Part shown: positions 1 through 9,801 of the stretch, one piece after another
Layout: each line of letters opens with the position of its first letter
How positions within the stretch are numbered: position 1 is the first letter of the stretch
Assembly (NCBI GenBank): GCA_031258135.1
Contig: JAIRNG010000022.1
Coordinates: 5,689-69,688, forward strand
Reading direction: 5' to 3'
DNA from: Mediterranea sp.
GTDB lineage: Bacteria; Bacteroidota; Bacteroidia; Bacteroidales; Bacteroidaceae
Length of the DNA stretch: 64,000 bases
Translations under genes and position numbers: made by a program
Notes under the pieces: generated by a model
Databases searched by the model: none
The model's input: the letters and a program-made list of their open reading frames with translations, nothing else
Told to the model about the DNA's origin: nothing

Positions 1-337
1 TGCCGGCTTCAAAAGCCGCCAGATGGGCGCGGCCATATTCACGGGTTCCGGCCGGCTCGACTTTACCTCCGTTGGTATAGGATATATATTGGGCGCCGTA
101 ACAGATGCCCAGGATTGGATATTTCCCACGAATCCCGCTCAGGTCGACCTTGAACCCATTCTCATCATATACCGAAAACGGACTGCCGGAAAGGATGACC
201 CCCTTCACCGTTTCATCCCCAAACGGGAACTTGTTGTAAGGTACTATTTCGCAGTAGGTATCCAGTTCGCGGACCCTACGCCCGATAAGCTGTGTGGTCT
301 GCGAGCCGAAATCGAGTATGATTATTTTTTCTTGCAT
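1..337 (-). CDS. guaA: GMP synthase (glutamine-hydrolysing), 5' part; runs off the window edge
   Basis: Not in the ORF track. Manual translation from ATG at 337 gives [38 protein letters not shown]...[12 protein letters not shown], the GuaA GATase N-terminus. Confidence 0.93.
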   Translation of the reverse strand, partial: MQEKIIILDFGSQTTQLIGRRVRELDTYCEIVPYNKFPFGDETVKGVILSGSPFSVYDENGFKVDLSGIRGKYPILGICYGAQYISYTNGGKVEPAGTREYGRAHLAAFEAG

Positions 338-470
338 ATAATACGGAGATCAGTTTGGATTCGCCCACAAAAATACAACTTTTATCAAGACTTCGTTCAA
401 GGCAGGGCGCTTTCACTTATCTTTTTTTTATTTTGATGCAAAATGAAGAGTGAATATAAAAACAATTTTG

Positions 471-478
471 TACTTTTG
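471..478 (+). promoter_or_regulatory. Bacteroidetes sigma-A -7 element upstream of gap
   Basis: TACTTTTG matches the TAnnTTTG consensus, about 85 nt upstream of the gap start. Confidence 0.55.
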
Positions 479-555
479 CAACGCAATTTGAAAAAGGAAT
501 ATGCAGTGCTTCTACATATTTAAGAAATTAACATTATAAACCCTTAAAAGTTTAA

Positions 556-1566
<1,011 letters not shown>

Positions 1567-1604
1567 CCGGAAGGTTCTCCGGAAGACTGTCTCCGACAGG
1601 AATG

Positions 1605-1642
1605 AAAACGGGTGGGAATCAGATTTCCCACCCGTTTTTTTT
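1605..1642 (+). terminator. Rho-independent terminator of gap
   Basis: AAAACGGGTGGGAA-tcagat-TTCCCACCCGTTTT hairpin followed by a T run. Confidence 0.88.
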
Positions 1643-1657
1643 GAATCCCGCTAAAAT

Positions 1658-1800
1658 CCTGTTAAACAACCCAACTTCCGTGTTTAACACGGACACCCGC
1701 TTTGTTTAACACGGACACCTGCGCTGTTAAACACGGCTATATGCTTTGTTAAACACGGGCGCCTGCTTTGTTTAACACGGAAGTTGGCGTGTTTAACAGG
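1658..1800. repeat. Array of 7 palindromic TGTTWAACA nodes at 21-22 bp period, bounded by inverted repeats
   Basis: Nodes at 1660, 1681, 1703, 1725, 1747, 1769 and 1790. The first ~32 nt are a near-perfect reverse complement of the last ~32 nt. Confidence 0.88.
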
Positions 1801-2104
1801 AAAGTTGAACTGTTCTACCTGAATTTGGTTGACTATTTTTTATCTTATCCCTATAGTCGGTTGACGCGTTTAATACTTAAAACTGTATGCAGTTGACCGT
1901 TTTGTTTTTATCTCTAAAAGCGGTTGCCCCTTTTTAAAGATAAAAATTCCTTCCGAGGTGAATAAACACTAAAAAGAACTCTTCATTGACCAAACTAATA
2001 AACAAAATTGCTAATTTTGTCATTTATCGAAATAAGCGAATAACTTTACGATATCTTTATACATGAAAAGATTAAACGTAATATTAATCTAAACAAAAGA
2101 ATAT

Positions 2105-2602
2105 ATGAAGATCAAACACATCATACCTTTGTTATTGTTACCGGTGCTTGGCGCATGCAGCCAGACCGACGATGTGATAAAGATATTCACGGGTAAAAGA
2201 TGGAAGTTGACTAACATTAACGATAGCGGAGGAGGAGATTGTACGCCCGAATATTTCTCAAACGAGGCGCAGTGGGAAGAATCCATGAAGTTATTGAGTG
2301 AAAAAGGAAATTTCGTCATTACCTTTACCGGTGCGGAAGTTGACGGAGAAGTTATCGGCGCATACAATGGCCGTACCGCCAGAGCGGCAATCTCCGGAAA
2401 ATGGAAAGCGAACGGTAAGAACAATGCGTTTGAAATCAGCGGGCAAGCCGCTCCGGGCAACAGTGAAGATGTGCTGGGCAAGGTTTTCGTCCATGCACTG
2501 ATCAATGCCTATAAATATGAAGGAGATACTGCCGGTAACCTGACGATATATTTTAAAGAGAATCGCGCCGACAAGTATCTTCTGTTATACGCCAATAACT
2601 GA
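2105..2602 (+). CDS. Lipoprotein, DUF4847-like
   Basis: Lipobox LGAC and IFTGKRWKL motif; sits upstream of dCMP deaminase as in Bacteroides. Confidence 0.7.
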   Translation: MKIKHIIPLLLLPVLGACSQTDDVIKIFTGKRWKLTNINDSGGGDCTPEYFSNEAQWEESMKLLSEKGNFVITFTGAEVDGEVIGAYNGRTARAAISGKWKANGKNNAFEISGQAAPGNSEDVLGKVFVHALINAYKYEGDTAGNLTIYFKENRADKYLLLYANN

Positions 2603-2607
2603 CACGG

Positions 2608-3039
2608 ATGGATGCAGCGCATAAACAGACCGAGCTGGATAAACGATACATCCGCATGGCCATGATCTGGGCCGGTAATTCATACTGCGAACGCCGCAAG
2701 GTAGGGGCGCTTATCGTTAAGGATAAGATGATTATATCCGACGGTTATAACGGTACGCCTTCCGGATTTGAAAATGTGTGTGAAGACGAAAACAACATCA
2801 CCAAGCCTTATGTTCTTCATGCCGAAGCCAATGCGATCACTAAAATAGCCCGTTCCAATAATAGCAGCAACGGGGCGACGATGTACGTCACCGCCGCTCC
2901 TTGCATAGAATGTGCCAAGCTCATTATTCAGGCGGGAATCAAGCGGGTCGTCTATTCCGAGAAATACCGCATTGAGGATGGAATAAACCTATTGAAGCGC
3001 GCCGGGATCGAGGTGTTATACCTCCCGGTCGAGAGTTGA
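2608..3039 (+). CDS. dCMP deaminase family protein
   Basis: HAEANA and PCIEC zinc-binding motifs, GYNG. Confidence 0.93.
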   Translation: MDAAHKQTELDKRYIRMAMIWAGNSYCERRKVGALIVKDKMIISDGYNGTPSGFENVCEDENNITKPYVLHAEANAITKIARSNNSSNGATMYVTAAPCIECAKLIIQAGIKRVVYSEKYRIEDGINLLKRAGIEVLYLPVES

Positions 3040-3111
3040 AAATATGAATGGGTCTCACCAAATAAGCGAACAGGAAAGCAAATAGTAAATAGTCTAATAG
3101 TAAATACCAAG

Positions 3112-4848
3112 ATGAGTACAAAGAAATCATTTCGTTTCACGCCGGTCATTATTGCACTGAGCGTAGTGGCCGGGATTCTTATCGGGACTTTCTATGCCAG
3201 GCATTTTGCCGGTAACCGGTTGGGGATCATTAACGGCTCCACAAATAAACTGAACGCCCTGCTGCGCATCATAGACGATCAATATGTAGACACGGTCAAT
3301 ATGGCCGGCCTGGTCGAAGAAGCCATGCCGCAGATATTGGCAGAGCTTGACCCACATTCCATATACATTCCGGCGAAAGACCTGGAAACCGTTAACTCCG
3401 AATTGGAGAGCAGTTTCAGTGGTATCGGCGTGCAATTTACAATTCAGGATGACACCGTCTACATCAACAGCGTCATAGAGGGCGGCCCATCCGCAAAAGT
3501 CGGGCTTATGGCGGGCGACCGTATCGTATCTGTCGATGACAGCGCCTTTGTCGGTAAAAAGCTGAACAGCCAATTGGCGATGAGAACCCTTAAAGGCCCC
3601 AAAGGGTCTGAAGTCAAACTGGGCGTTAAACGCGCTACGGAAAAAGAAACGGTCTTCTTCACAATTGTGCGCGGCGACATTCCGCAAAATACGGTAGACG
3701 CAGCATACATGATCACGGATAAGTTCGGCTATATCCAGATTTCCAAGTTCGGGCGCAACACACACATCGAACTGCTCAATGCACTGGCTGTCCTGAACCA
3801 CAAAGACTGTAAGGGACTCATCATTGACTTGCGCGGAAACACCGGCGGCTACATGGAAGCCGCTATCCGGATGGTCAATGAATTCCTGCCCGAGGGAAAA
3901 CTTATCGTATACGCCCAGGGACGCAACTACCCCCGCACGGACGACTATGCAAACGGTACGGGAAGCTGCCAGAAACTGCCTGTCGTGGTGCTGGTAGATG
4001 AAGCGTCGGCCTCCTCCAGCGAAATATTCGCAGGCGCCATTCAGGACAATGACCGCGGCACAATCGTCGGCCGCCGGTCGTATGGTAAAGGACTGGTTCA
4101 GCAACCGATAGATTTCAACGACGGCTCAGCCGTTCGCCTGACCGTAGCCAGATACTACACGCCATCCGGGCGTTCCATCCAGAAGCCTTATCAGAACGGC
4201 AGGGACAGCAACTACGAGATGGATGTGATCACCCGTTATGAACACGGCGAGTTCTTCTCCAGGGACAGTATAAAGATGGATGAAAGCCTGCGCTATTCCA
4301 CCGGCCTTGGCCGTCCGGTCTACGGAGGTGGAGGCATCATGCCCGACATCTTTGTTCCGCAGGATACAACAGGCGTTTCATCATATTTAAGCACCGTATT
4401 GAGCAAGGGGCTAACCTATCAGTTCACATTCCAGTACACAGATCGCAACCGGAGTAAACTAAGCTCTTTTGACGACGAAGAATCATTATTGAAACACCTG
4501 CATCGCCAGGGACTGATCGCACAATTCGTCAGGTATGCGGAAAGCAAGGATGTGAAGAGAAGAAACATCCTTATCCGGAAGTCGTATAAACTACTGGAAA
4601 AGAACATCTACGGACATATTATCTACAACATAATGGGCAAGGAAAGCTACATCAAGTATTTCAATAAGAGTGACGCTATCGTTAAAACGGCGCTGGACCT
4701 CCTGGAAAACGGTGAAGCATTCCCCAAAGCCCCGGCACAGGAGTGGGTTGAAGAACCGGTAACCGGAATCAGAAATGAAGGAAAGAAAAAAAGAACTGCG
4801 CAGACTGATTGCCCTGAGAAAAGCATCCCTGCCCGACGCCACGCTTAA
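3112..4848 (+). CDS. S41 family carboxy-terminal processing protease (PDZ + peptidase)
   Basis: LDPHS, GIGVQ PDZ, IDLRGNTGG, SASSSEI, GKGLVQ motifs. Confidence 0.93.
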   Translation: MSTKKSFRFTPVIIALSVVAGILIGTFYARHFAGNRLGIINGSTNKLNALLRIIDDQYVDTVNMAGLVEEAMPQILAELDPHSIYIPAKDLETVNSELESSFSGIGVQFTIQDDTVYINSVIEGGPSAKVGLMAGDRIVSVDDSAFVGKKLNSQLAMRTLKGPKGSEVKLGVKRATEKETVFFTIVRGDIPQNTVDAAYMITDKFGYIQISKFGRNTHIELLNALAVLNHKDCKGLIIDLRGNTGGYMEAAIRMVNEFLPEGKLIVYAQGRNYPRTDDYANGTGSCQKLPVVVLVDEASASSSEIFAGAIQDNDRGTIVGRRSYGKGLVQQPIDFNDGSAVRLTVARYYTPSGRSIQKPYQNGRDSNYEMDVITRYEHGEFFSRDSIKMDESLRYSTGLGRPVYGGGGIMPDIFVPQDTTGVSSYLSTVLSKGLTYQFTFQYTDRNRSKLSSFDDEESLLKHLHRQGLIAQFVRYAESKDVKRRNILIRKSYKLLEKNIYGHIIYNIMGKESYIKYFNKSDAIVKTALDLLENGEAFPKAPAQEWVEEPVTGIRNEGKKKRTAQTDCPEKSIPARRHA

Positions 4849-5320
4849 GTCGCTGTCTATGGATATCCTCGGAACACTGGAGAGCCATCCGGTGTTCCGT
4901 TCCTCAAACACCATATTACTCTACCATTCAATGAAAGATGAGGTTTACACCCATACTTTCATTGAGAAATGGAGTAAACGGAAACATATTCTCCTTCCCG
5001 TTATACAGGGCGATGAACCGGCGATCCGCTCCTACCGCGATTCCAACGGCCTTACCACAGGAGCCTATGGGATAAAAGAACCTACGGGAGCCGTTTTCCA
5101 TGATTATGCCCGGATCGACCTGGCTGTTGTGCCCGGGGTTGCATTCGACACTTCCGGTTCACGCTTAGGACGTGGGAAAGGATATTATGACAAATTGCTG
5201 CCTGAACTTACCGCCTACAAAATAGGGATATGCTTCCCGTTCCAGTTATTGGATGAAATACCCACGGAAGAATTTGATATACGGATGGATGAAGTGATCT
5301 TCAACAGAAAACGATATTGA
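4775..5320 (+). CDS. 5-formyltetrahydrofolate cyclo-ligase
   Basis: VPGVAFD..G.RLGRGKGYYD motif. Confidence 0.93.
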   Translation: MKERKKELRRLIALRKASLPDATLKSLSMDILGTLESHPVFRSSNTILLYHSMKDEVYTHTFIEKWSKRKHILLPVIQGDEPAIRSYRDSNGLTTGAYGIKEPTGAVFHDYARIDLAVVPGVAFDTSGSRLGRGKGYYDKLLPELTAYKIGICFPFQLLDEIPTEEFDIRMDEVIFNRKRY

Positions 5321-5591
5321 CAATCACCCTTGCGCCCACATGTTCGTTCAGCTTGCGGATGATCAGGCTCTTGCCCATAAGCAGCTCTTGCCGGAGCGCC
5401 GCAGAAGATAAGTGAACATATAAGGTCTGGTTGCGGATATACAATTGTGTGGTATAGGCAGCAATGGGCGCACCCATAAGCGCACCCCAGGAATCCAGCA
5501 GCCTCCGCTCGTTCAGCGGCCCCTCCAGGCTTTCCTGGCGAAGATATTTATAGACAAGCTGCCCTATGGGTTCCGCATCACGCCGTTTCAT
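5301..5591 (-). CDS. DUF721 / DciA-like protein
   Basis: Likely start is ATG 5591 (MKRRDAEPIG...), overlapping the recF end; LYVHLSSAALRQEL motif. Confidence 0.8.
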   Translation of the reverse strand: MKRRDAEPIGQLVYKYLRQESLEGPLNERRLLDSWGALMGAPIAAYTTQLYIRNQTLYVHLSSAALRQELLMGKSLIIRKLNEHVGARVIVNIVFC

Positions 5592-6699
5592 CGCTTCCCT
5601 CTTTCGTTTCGCATATCCGCCCCTGTACCACTTTAAACATCTTGTAGTCGCTCCCCGCCTCATATAGCATACGATCCAGATGCTCACGGTTCGTATCCGT
5701 AATGAATATCTGCCCGAAACCGTCGCCGGCAACCAGTTTGACGATCTGCTCCACCCGCGAAGCGTCCAATTTATCAAATATATCGTCCAGCAGGAGCAAT
5801 GGCACGGCACGGCCGGTTCGTTTCAGAAAATCAAACTGCGCCAGCTTCAATGCTACCAGATACGTTTTATTCTGTCCCTGGGAACCCTCTTTCCTGATCG
5901 GAAAGTCTCCCAACAGCATATTCAATTCATCCCTATGAATGCCATGCAAAGAAAAGCCCAGTATCTTATCTTTCATACGGCCATCCTTCAACACCTCCGA
6001 CAAGGATGCATGGCGTGCATGCGATTCGTAGGTCAGCCCGGCCTGTTCCTTATCCAGAGAAATAAAAGAATAGAAATTCCGGAATATGGGGATAAACTCA
6101 CGGATGAACGCCTCCCGCTTACGAAATACGATCTCACCGGTCTGCGCCATCATCTCTTCCCAAATCAGGAACAGCTCTTCCTCAACGGGCCATTCGCTTT
6201 TAAGCAATGTATTCCGTTGCTGCAAAGCCTTATTATACCGGATCAATGCATCCAGGTATTCCTTATCATACTGGGAAATAACAACATCCATGAACTTACG
6301 GCGTTCATCGCTTCCTCCCGATATCAACTCCGAATCTTCCGGTGACACCATGACCAAAGGGATGAAACCGATATGATCCGACAAGCGGGTATACTCCTTC
6401 TTATTCCTCTTGAATTGCTTCTTCTGCCGGCGTTTCAGCCCACAGTAGATTTCCTCCGGCGTTCCCTCCGCCGTTTCATAGAATCCCTGTATCACGAAAA
6501 ACTCCCGGTCATGACAAATATGCTGGGAATCGACAGGATTTCCCACACTCTTACAGAATGACAGGAAGTAAATGGCATCCAGCAAATTCGTCTTGCCCAT
6601 ACCGTTTTGCCCGAAGAAACAGTTCAGTTTACCGGAGAAGTTCAGGTCCACTTCCTCCAGGTTCTTGTAATTAAGTATGGATATACGTTTTAATATCAT
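5578..6699 (-). CDS. recF: DNA replication/repair protein RecF
   Basis: Start MILKRISILNYKN; Walker A GQNGMGKTN, GSQGQ signature, LLLDD. Confidence 0.95.
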   Translation of the reverse strand: MILKRISILNYKNLEEVDLNFSGKLNCFFGQNGMGKTNLLDAIYFLSFCKSVGNPVDSQHICHDREFFVIQGFYETAEGTPEEIYCGLKRRQKKQFKRNKKEYTRLSDHIGFIPLVMVSPEDSELISGGSDERRKFMDVVISQYDKEYLDALIRYNKALQQRNTLLKSEWPVEEELFLIWEEMMAQTGEIVFRKREAFIREFIPIFRNFYSFISLDKEQAGLTYESHARHASLSEVLKDGRMKDKILGFSLHGIHRDELNMLLGDFPIRKEGSQGQNKTYLVALKLAQFDFLKRTGRAVPLLLLDDIFDKLDASRVEQIVKLVAGDGFGQIFITDTNREHLDRMLYEAGSDYKMFKVVQGRICETKEGSDETA

Positions 6700-6859
6700 A
6701 TAAATCCCTTGATTCTTAAGGTACAAAAGTAGCAAGATTTTCGTGGTTTAGGAACGGCAGACATAAAAAAGATACCGCTAAATTTCGTTTATATATATAA
6801 ATCAACTACTTTTGCTGACCGAAATATCCATATCTTAAGAACTAAAGAAACAATATAAA

Positions 6860-7540
6860 ATGGCAAATCAGAAAAACCACAAAGAAGAATTAAATGTGGA
6901 AGAAGCGCTTACCCAATCGGAAGCGTTCATTGTTAAGTATAAGAGTTCAATCATCGGAGCGGTCGCTGCTATCATCCTGATCGTAGCCGGTATTTTGATG
7001 TATAAGAACTTATACGCCGATCCACGGGAAGAAAAAGCGCAAATCGCCCTATTTAAAGGACAGCAGTTGTTTGAACAGGACGCCTTTGAAATGGCCCTGA
7101 ACGGCGATAGCATCGATTATAAGGGATTCCTTCATGTGGCCGGCGAATTTAGCGGCACTAAAGCCGCGAATCTGGCAAGAGCTTATGCCGGAATTTGCTA
7201 TATGAACCTTGGCGAGTACGAAAAGGCTATCAGGGAATTAGACAAGTTCAGCGGCGATGACATCATGGTTGCCCCTTCTGTTCTGGGCGCTATCGGCAAC
7301 AGCTATGCCAAACTTGAGCAACTGGATAAAGCGACATCTTATCTGATTAAGGCGGCAGATCAGGCGGACAACAATACGTTGAGCCCAATCTTCCTGATGC
7401 AGGCCGGTAACATTTACGAAAAACAAGGAAAGTTTGCCGATGCCGTAACAGCGTATACCAGGATCAAAGACAAGTACTTCCAGTCTTATCAGGCAATGGA
7501 CATCGATAAATATATCGAAAGAGCCAATCTTCAGAAGTAA
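6860..7540 (+). CDS. Membrane-anchored TPR protein (YfgM-like)
   Basis: N-terminal TM helix followed by TPR helices; lies between recF and ribH. Confidence 0.8.
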   Translation: MANQKNHKEELNVEEALTQSEAFIVKYKSSIIGAVAAIILIVAGILMYKNLYADPREEKAQIALFKGQQLFEQDAFEMALNGDSIDYKGFLHVAGEFSGTKAANLARAYAGICYMNLGEYEKAIRELDKFSGDDIMVAPSVLGAIGNSYAKLEQLDKATSYLIKAADQADNNTLSPIFLMQAGNIYEKQGKFADAVTAYTRIKDKYFQSYQAMDIDKYIERANLQK

Positions 7541-7559
7541 TTCTTGAACTCATCGGGAA

Positions 7560-7596
7560 GAAGCTATCCTGTAAGCAATGCGGGATAGCTTTTTTC
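7560..7596 (+). terminator. Terminator-like hairpin between the TPR gene and ribH
   Basis: AAGCTATCCTGT...GCGGGATAGCTT stem followed by TTTT. Confidence 0.55.
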
Positions 7597-7616
7597 ACGT
7601 CAAAAAATCATTTCCC

Positions 7617-8111
7617 ATGGCAACAGCCTATCACAACTTGTCGGAATATAGCCTGACCTCCGTACCCAATGCGGAGCAAATGAAGTTCGGTATCGTCGTT
7701 TCCGAATGGAACGACCGTATCACCGGCAAGCTCCTTCAAGGAGCAGTAGAAACGTTAAAGAAACACGGCGCCAAACCGGAAAACATTCTGATAAAAGCCG
7801 TTCCGGGAAGTTTTGAACTGACATACGGGGCCAACCGGATGTTAGAAAACTGCGAACTGGATGCCGTAATTGTTCTGGGATGCGTAATTAAAGGAGATAC
7901 TCCACACTTTGATTATGTATGTATGGGCGTAACCCAGGGAATCGCCCAACTAAACGCGACCGGCGACATTCCGGTCATTTATGGTTTAATTACCACGTTA
8001 ACAATGGAACAAGCCGAAGACAGAAGCGGTGGAAAGCTGGGAAACAAAGGCGATGAGTGTGCCGTTACTGCAATAAAAATGATTGATCTTGCTTGGAGCT
8101 TAAACAAATAG
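7617..8111 (+). CDS. ribH: 6,7-dimethyl-8-ribityllumazine synthase
   Basis: Start MATAYHNLS; [25 protein letters not shown] motifs. Confidence 0.96.
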   Translation: MATAYHNLSEYSLTSVPNAEQMKFGIVVSEWNDRITGKLLQGAVETLKKHGAKPENILIKAVPGSFELTYGANRMLENCELDAVIVLGCVIKGDTPHFDYVCMGVTQGIAQLNATGDIPVIYGLITTLTMEQAEDRSGGKLGNKGDECAVTAIKMIDLAWSLNK

Positions 8112-8137
8112 TCGTACCTTTGTTCCGCTTTAAAAAA

Positions 8138-8220
8138 GGGCAAATACCAGAGTGGCCAAATGGGGCAGACTGTAAATCTGCTGTCTTTCGACTTCGGTGG
8201 TTCGAATCCATCTTTGCCCA
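8138..8220 (+). tRNA. tRNA-Tyr (GTA)
   Basis: GGGCAAA/TTTGCCC acceptor stem, anticodon loop CTGTAAA, long variable arm, GGTTCGAATCC T-arm. Promoter -7 TACCTTTG at 8115. Confidence 0.95.
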
Positions 8221-8235
8221 CAAAATAGTAATGTT

Positions 8236-8308
8236 GCGGAAGTAGCTCAGTTGATAGAGCATTAGCCTTCCAAGCTGAGGGTCGCGGGTTTGAGCCCCGT
8301 CTTCCGCT
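8236..8308 (+). tRNA. tRNA-Gly (TCC)
   Basis: GCGGAAG/CTTCCGC acceptor stem, TAGCTCAG D-arm, anticodon loop CTTCCAA. Confidence 0.93.
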
Positions 8309-8330
8309 CTCGAAAAAGAGGATGTTTCAA

Positions 8331-8749
8331 TGAAATGCACCCAAAAAGTTAGATAAAAAACTTTTTGGGTGCATTATTTATGTCAGGACACACCTTTATG
8401 GAACGTATCATTGAACAGGAAAAGACACAATTGCTTGCATTTGCCCCAAAAAGCTGCCTGCAAAATCTAAAAAGCTGCCTGCAAAATCTAAAAAGCTGCC
8501 TGCAAAATCCAAAAAGCTGCCTGCAAAATCCAAAAAGCTGCCTGCAAAATTCAAAAAGCTGCCTGCAAAATTCAAAAAGCTGCCTGCAGAATTTACAGGT
8601 CATTAAAAAACAATGAAAAGACAGGTCTACGGGATATAGAGACCCAAAATTCTTTGAACTTAAAATCTTAGCGATGCATGAGAAAAACTATGCATTTGTC
8701 GGATGAACCATATTTCTTTTTATCCGCCCAACTTTTAGGTGTCACTTCA
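8331..8749. mobile_element. Possible non-autonomous IS3/IS150-like remnant (MITE) after tRNA-Gly
   Basis: TG...CA ends with an imperfect 23-bp terminal IR (TGAAATGCACCCAAAAAGTTAGA vs TGAAGTGACACCTAAAAGTTGGG, 16/23 identical). No transposase and no clear target duplication. Confidence 0.45.
8448..8594. repeat. Tandem repeat, 7 x 21 bp (AAAAAGCTGCCTGCAAAATYY)
   Basis: Directly visible; translates as (KSCLQNx)7 in ORF 8365..8616. Confidence 0.95.
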
Positions 8750-8770
8750 AATGAAGTGACACCCTTTTTC
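8738..8770 (+). terminator. Hairpin/terminator downstream of the tRNA pair
   Basis: GGTGTCACTTCA-aa-TGAAGTGACACC perfect inverted repeat followed by CTTTTTC. Confidence 0.65.
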
Positions 8771-8800
8771 TTTATTAATCAATATCAATCAATCATGTTC

Positions 8801-9157
8801 TTATTTTATCTCTATGCCCCTGTTCTGCAAAGTTACGTTCATTAATTTTATATACTTTGCATACTGTTCGGGAGAAAGCGTCTGCTTCATCAGTTTCAGG
8901 TTACCGTAAACTGCATTTTGGAGCATTTTGCCTTGATTCTTTTTAGCTCTGGTCGCTCTTCCCATTTGTTCGTCGAAGAACACGCTGATGTTTGCTACTT
9001 CTTCAGTCTGTGCCGAAGACAATTTCAAATAGTTGCTCAACTTGGAAATGTTGATGTTACCTTCCCATGTAGTTGCAGTGACAGGTTGTTTACCCGCTGC
9101 AAAACTACTTGCAGATAGACAGATTACTGCCATGGCTGCCAAGACTAAACCTTTCAT
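8801..9157 (-). CDS. Secreted hypothetical helical protein
   Basis: Signal peptide (…SASSFA) and an helical body; own -7 element TATATTTG (9262-9269, minus strand). Confidence 0.75.
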   Translation of the reverse strand: MKGLVLAAMAVICLSASSFAAGKQPVTATTWEGNINISKLSNYLKLSSAQTEEVANISVFFDEQMGRATRAKKNQGKMLQNAVYGNLKLMKQTLSPEQYAKYIKLMNVTLQNRGIEIK

Positions 9158-9416
9158 AATAATACCTACTTAAATTTGTTATACCTAAAAACCTTTTAAC
9201 CTTAAAAAAACTATTACCTGTTGAAACAGGACTAAGCGCTTAGTTTTTCTTTTTACTTGTGCAAATATACTATATATGTTTTACAACATATAAATCTATA
9301 CGGAAAAATATGTCCAATAACAGTTTTTTGTGTTCTTCAAGGTTGATTTTATACTAAAATGAAACATTTTTGTAACAACTATCTTTGATTATTTATGCGA
9401 ATCAGCAGTTAAGGAG

Positions 9417-9776
9417 TCATCTATTGCAGTGCAGTTCTACCCCTGCGCAGGTTATATCTGCTCCCATGGGTGGATTTTGTTTGGAAAGCTTAATGTCAAT
9501 AGCTTCGATCGTGAGATATTCGGCAAATAATCTGCGTACGATCCTTCCGGCAACGTGTTCCAGGAGTTTGGACTGAATGGCCATTTCCTCAGATACGCTC
9601 CGGTACACATCCGCGTAGCTCACAGTCCGGAACAGATCGTCACTCTCTATTGCTTGTCCGAGATCAACTTTGAGTTTCAGGTCAATATGGAAAACATTGC
9701 CTACTTTGGTTTCTTGCGGAGATACTCCGTGATAGGCATAGATGGATATATTGTCCAAGTAAATATAGGAATCCAT
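9417..9776 (-). CDS. folB: Dihydroneopterin aldolase
   Basis: YAYHGV..QE, TVSYADV, LLEHVA, K.NPP motifs. Confidence 0.94.
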   Translation of the reverse strand: MDSYIYLDNISIYAYHGVSPQETKVGNVFHIDLKLKVDLGQAIESDDLFRTVSYADVYRSVSEEMAIQSKLLEHVAGRIVRRLFAEYLTIEAIDIKLSKQNPPMGADITCAGVELHCNR

Positions 9777-9801
9777 TATTCTTTCTTTTTTTAATTCTCA
9801 A

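Noticed and set aside
4775-4848. 74-nt overlap between the S41 protease and cyclo-ligase genes
   Set aside because: Both genes are intact and the overlap is a low-complexity C-terminal tail in a housekeeping operon; not evidence of a frameshift.
8138-8308. tRNAs lacking encoded CCA; TTTGA T-loop in tRNA-Gly
   Set aside because: The cloverleaves are otherwise intact and non-encoded CCA is common in Bacteroidetes; not treated as pseudogenes.
8349-8616. Cys-rich heptad proteins (KSCLQNx / FCRQLFx)
   Set aside because: Both strands stay open simply because of the 21-bp DNA repeat; there is no independent coding evidence.
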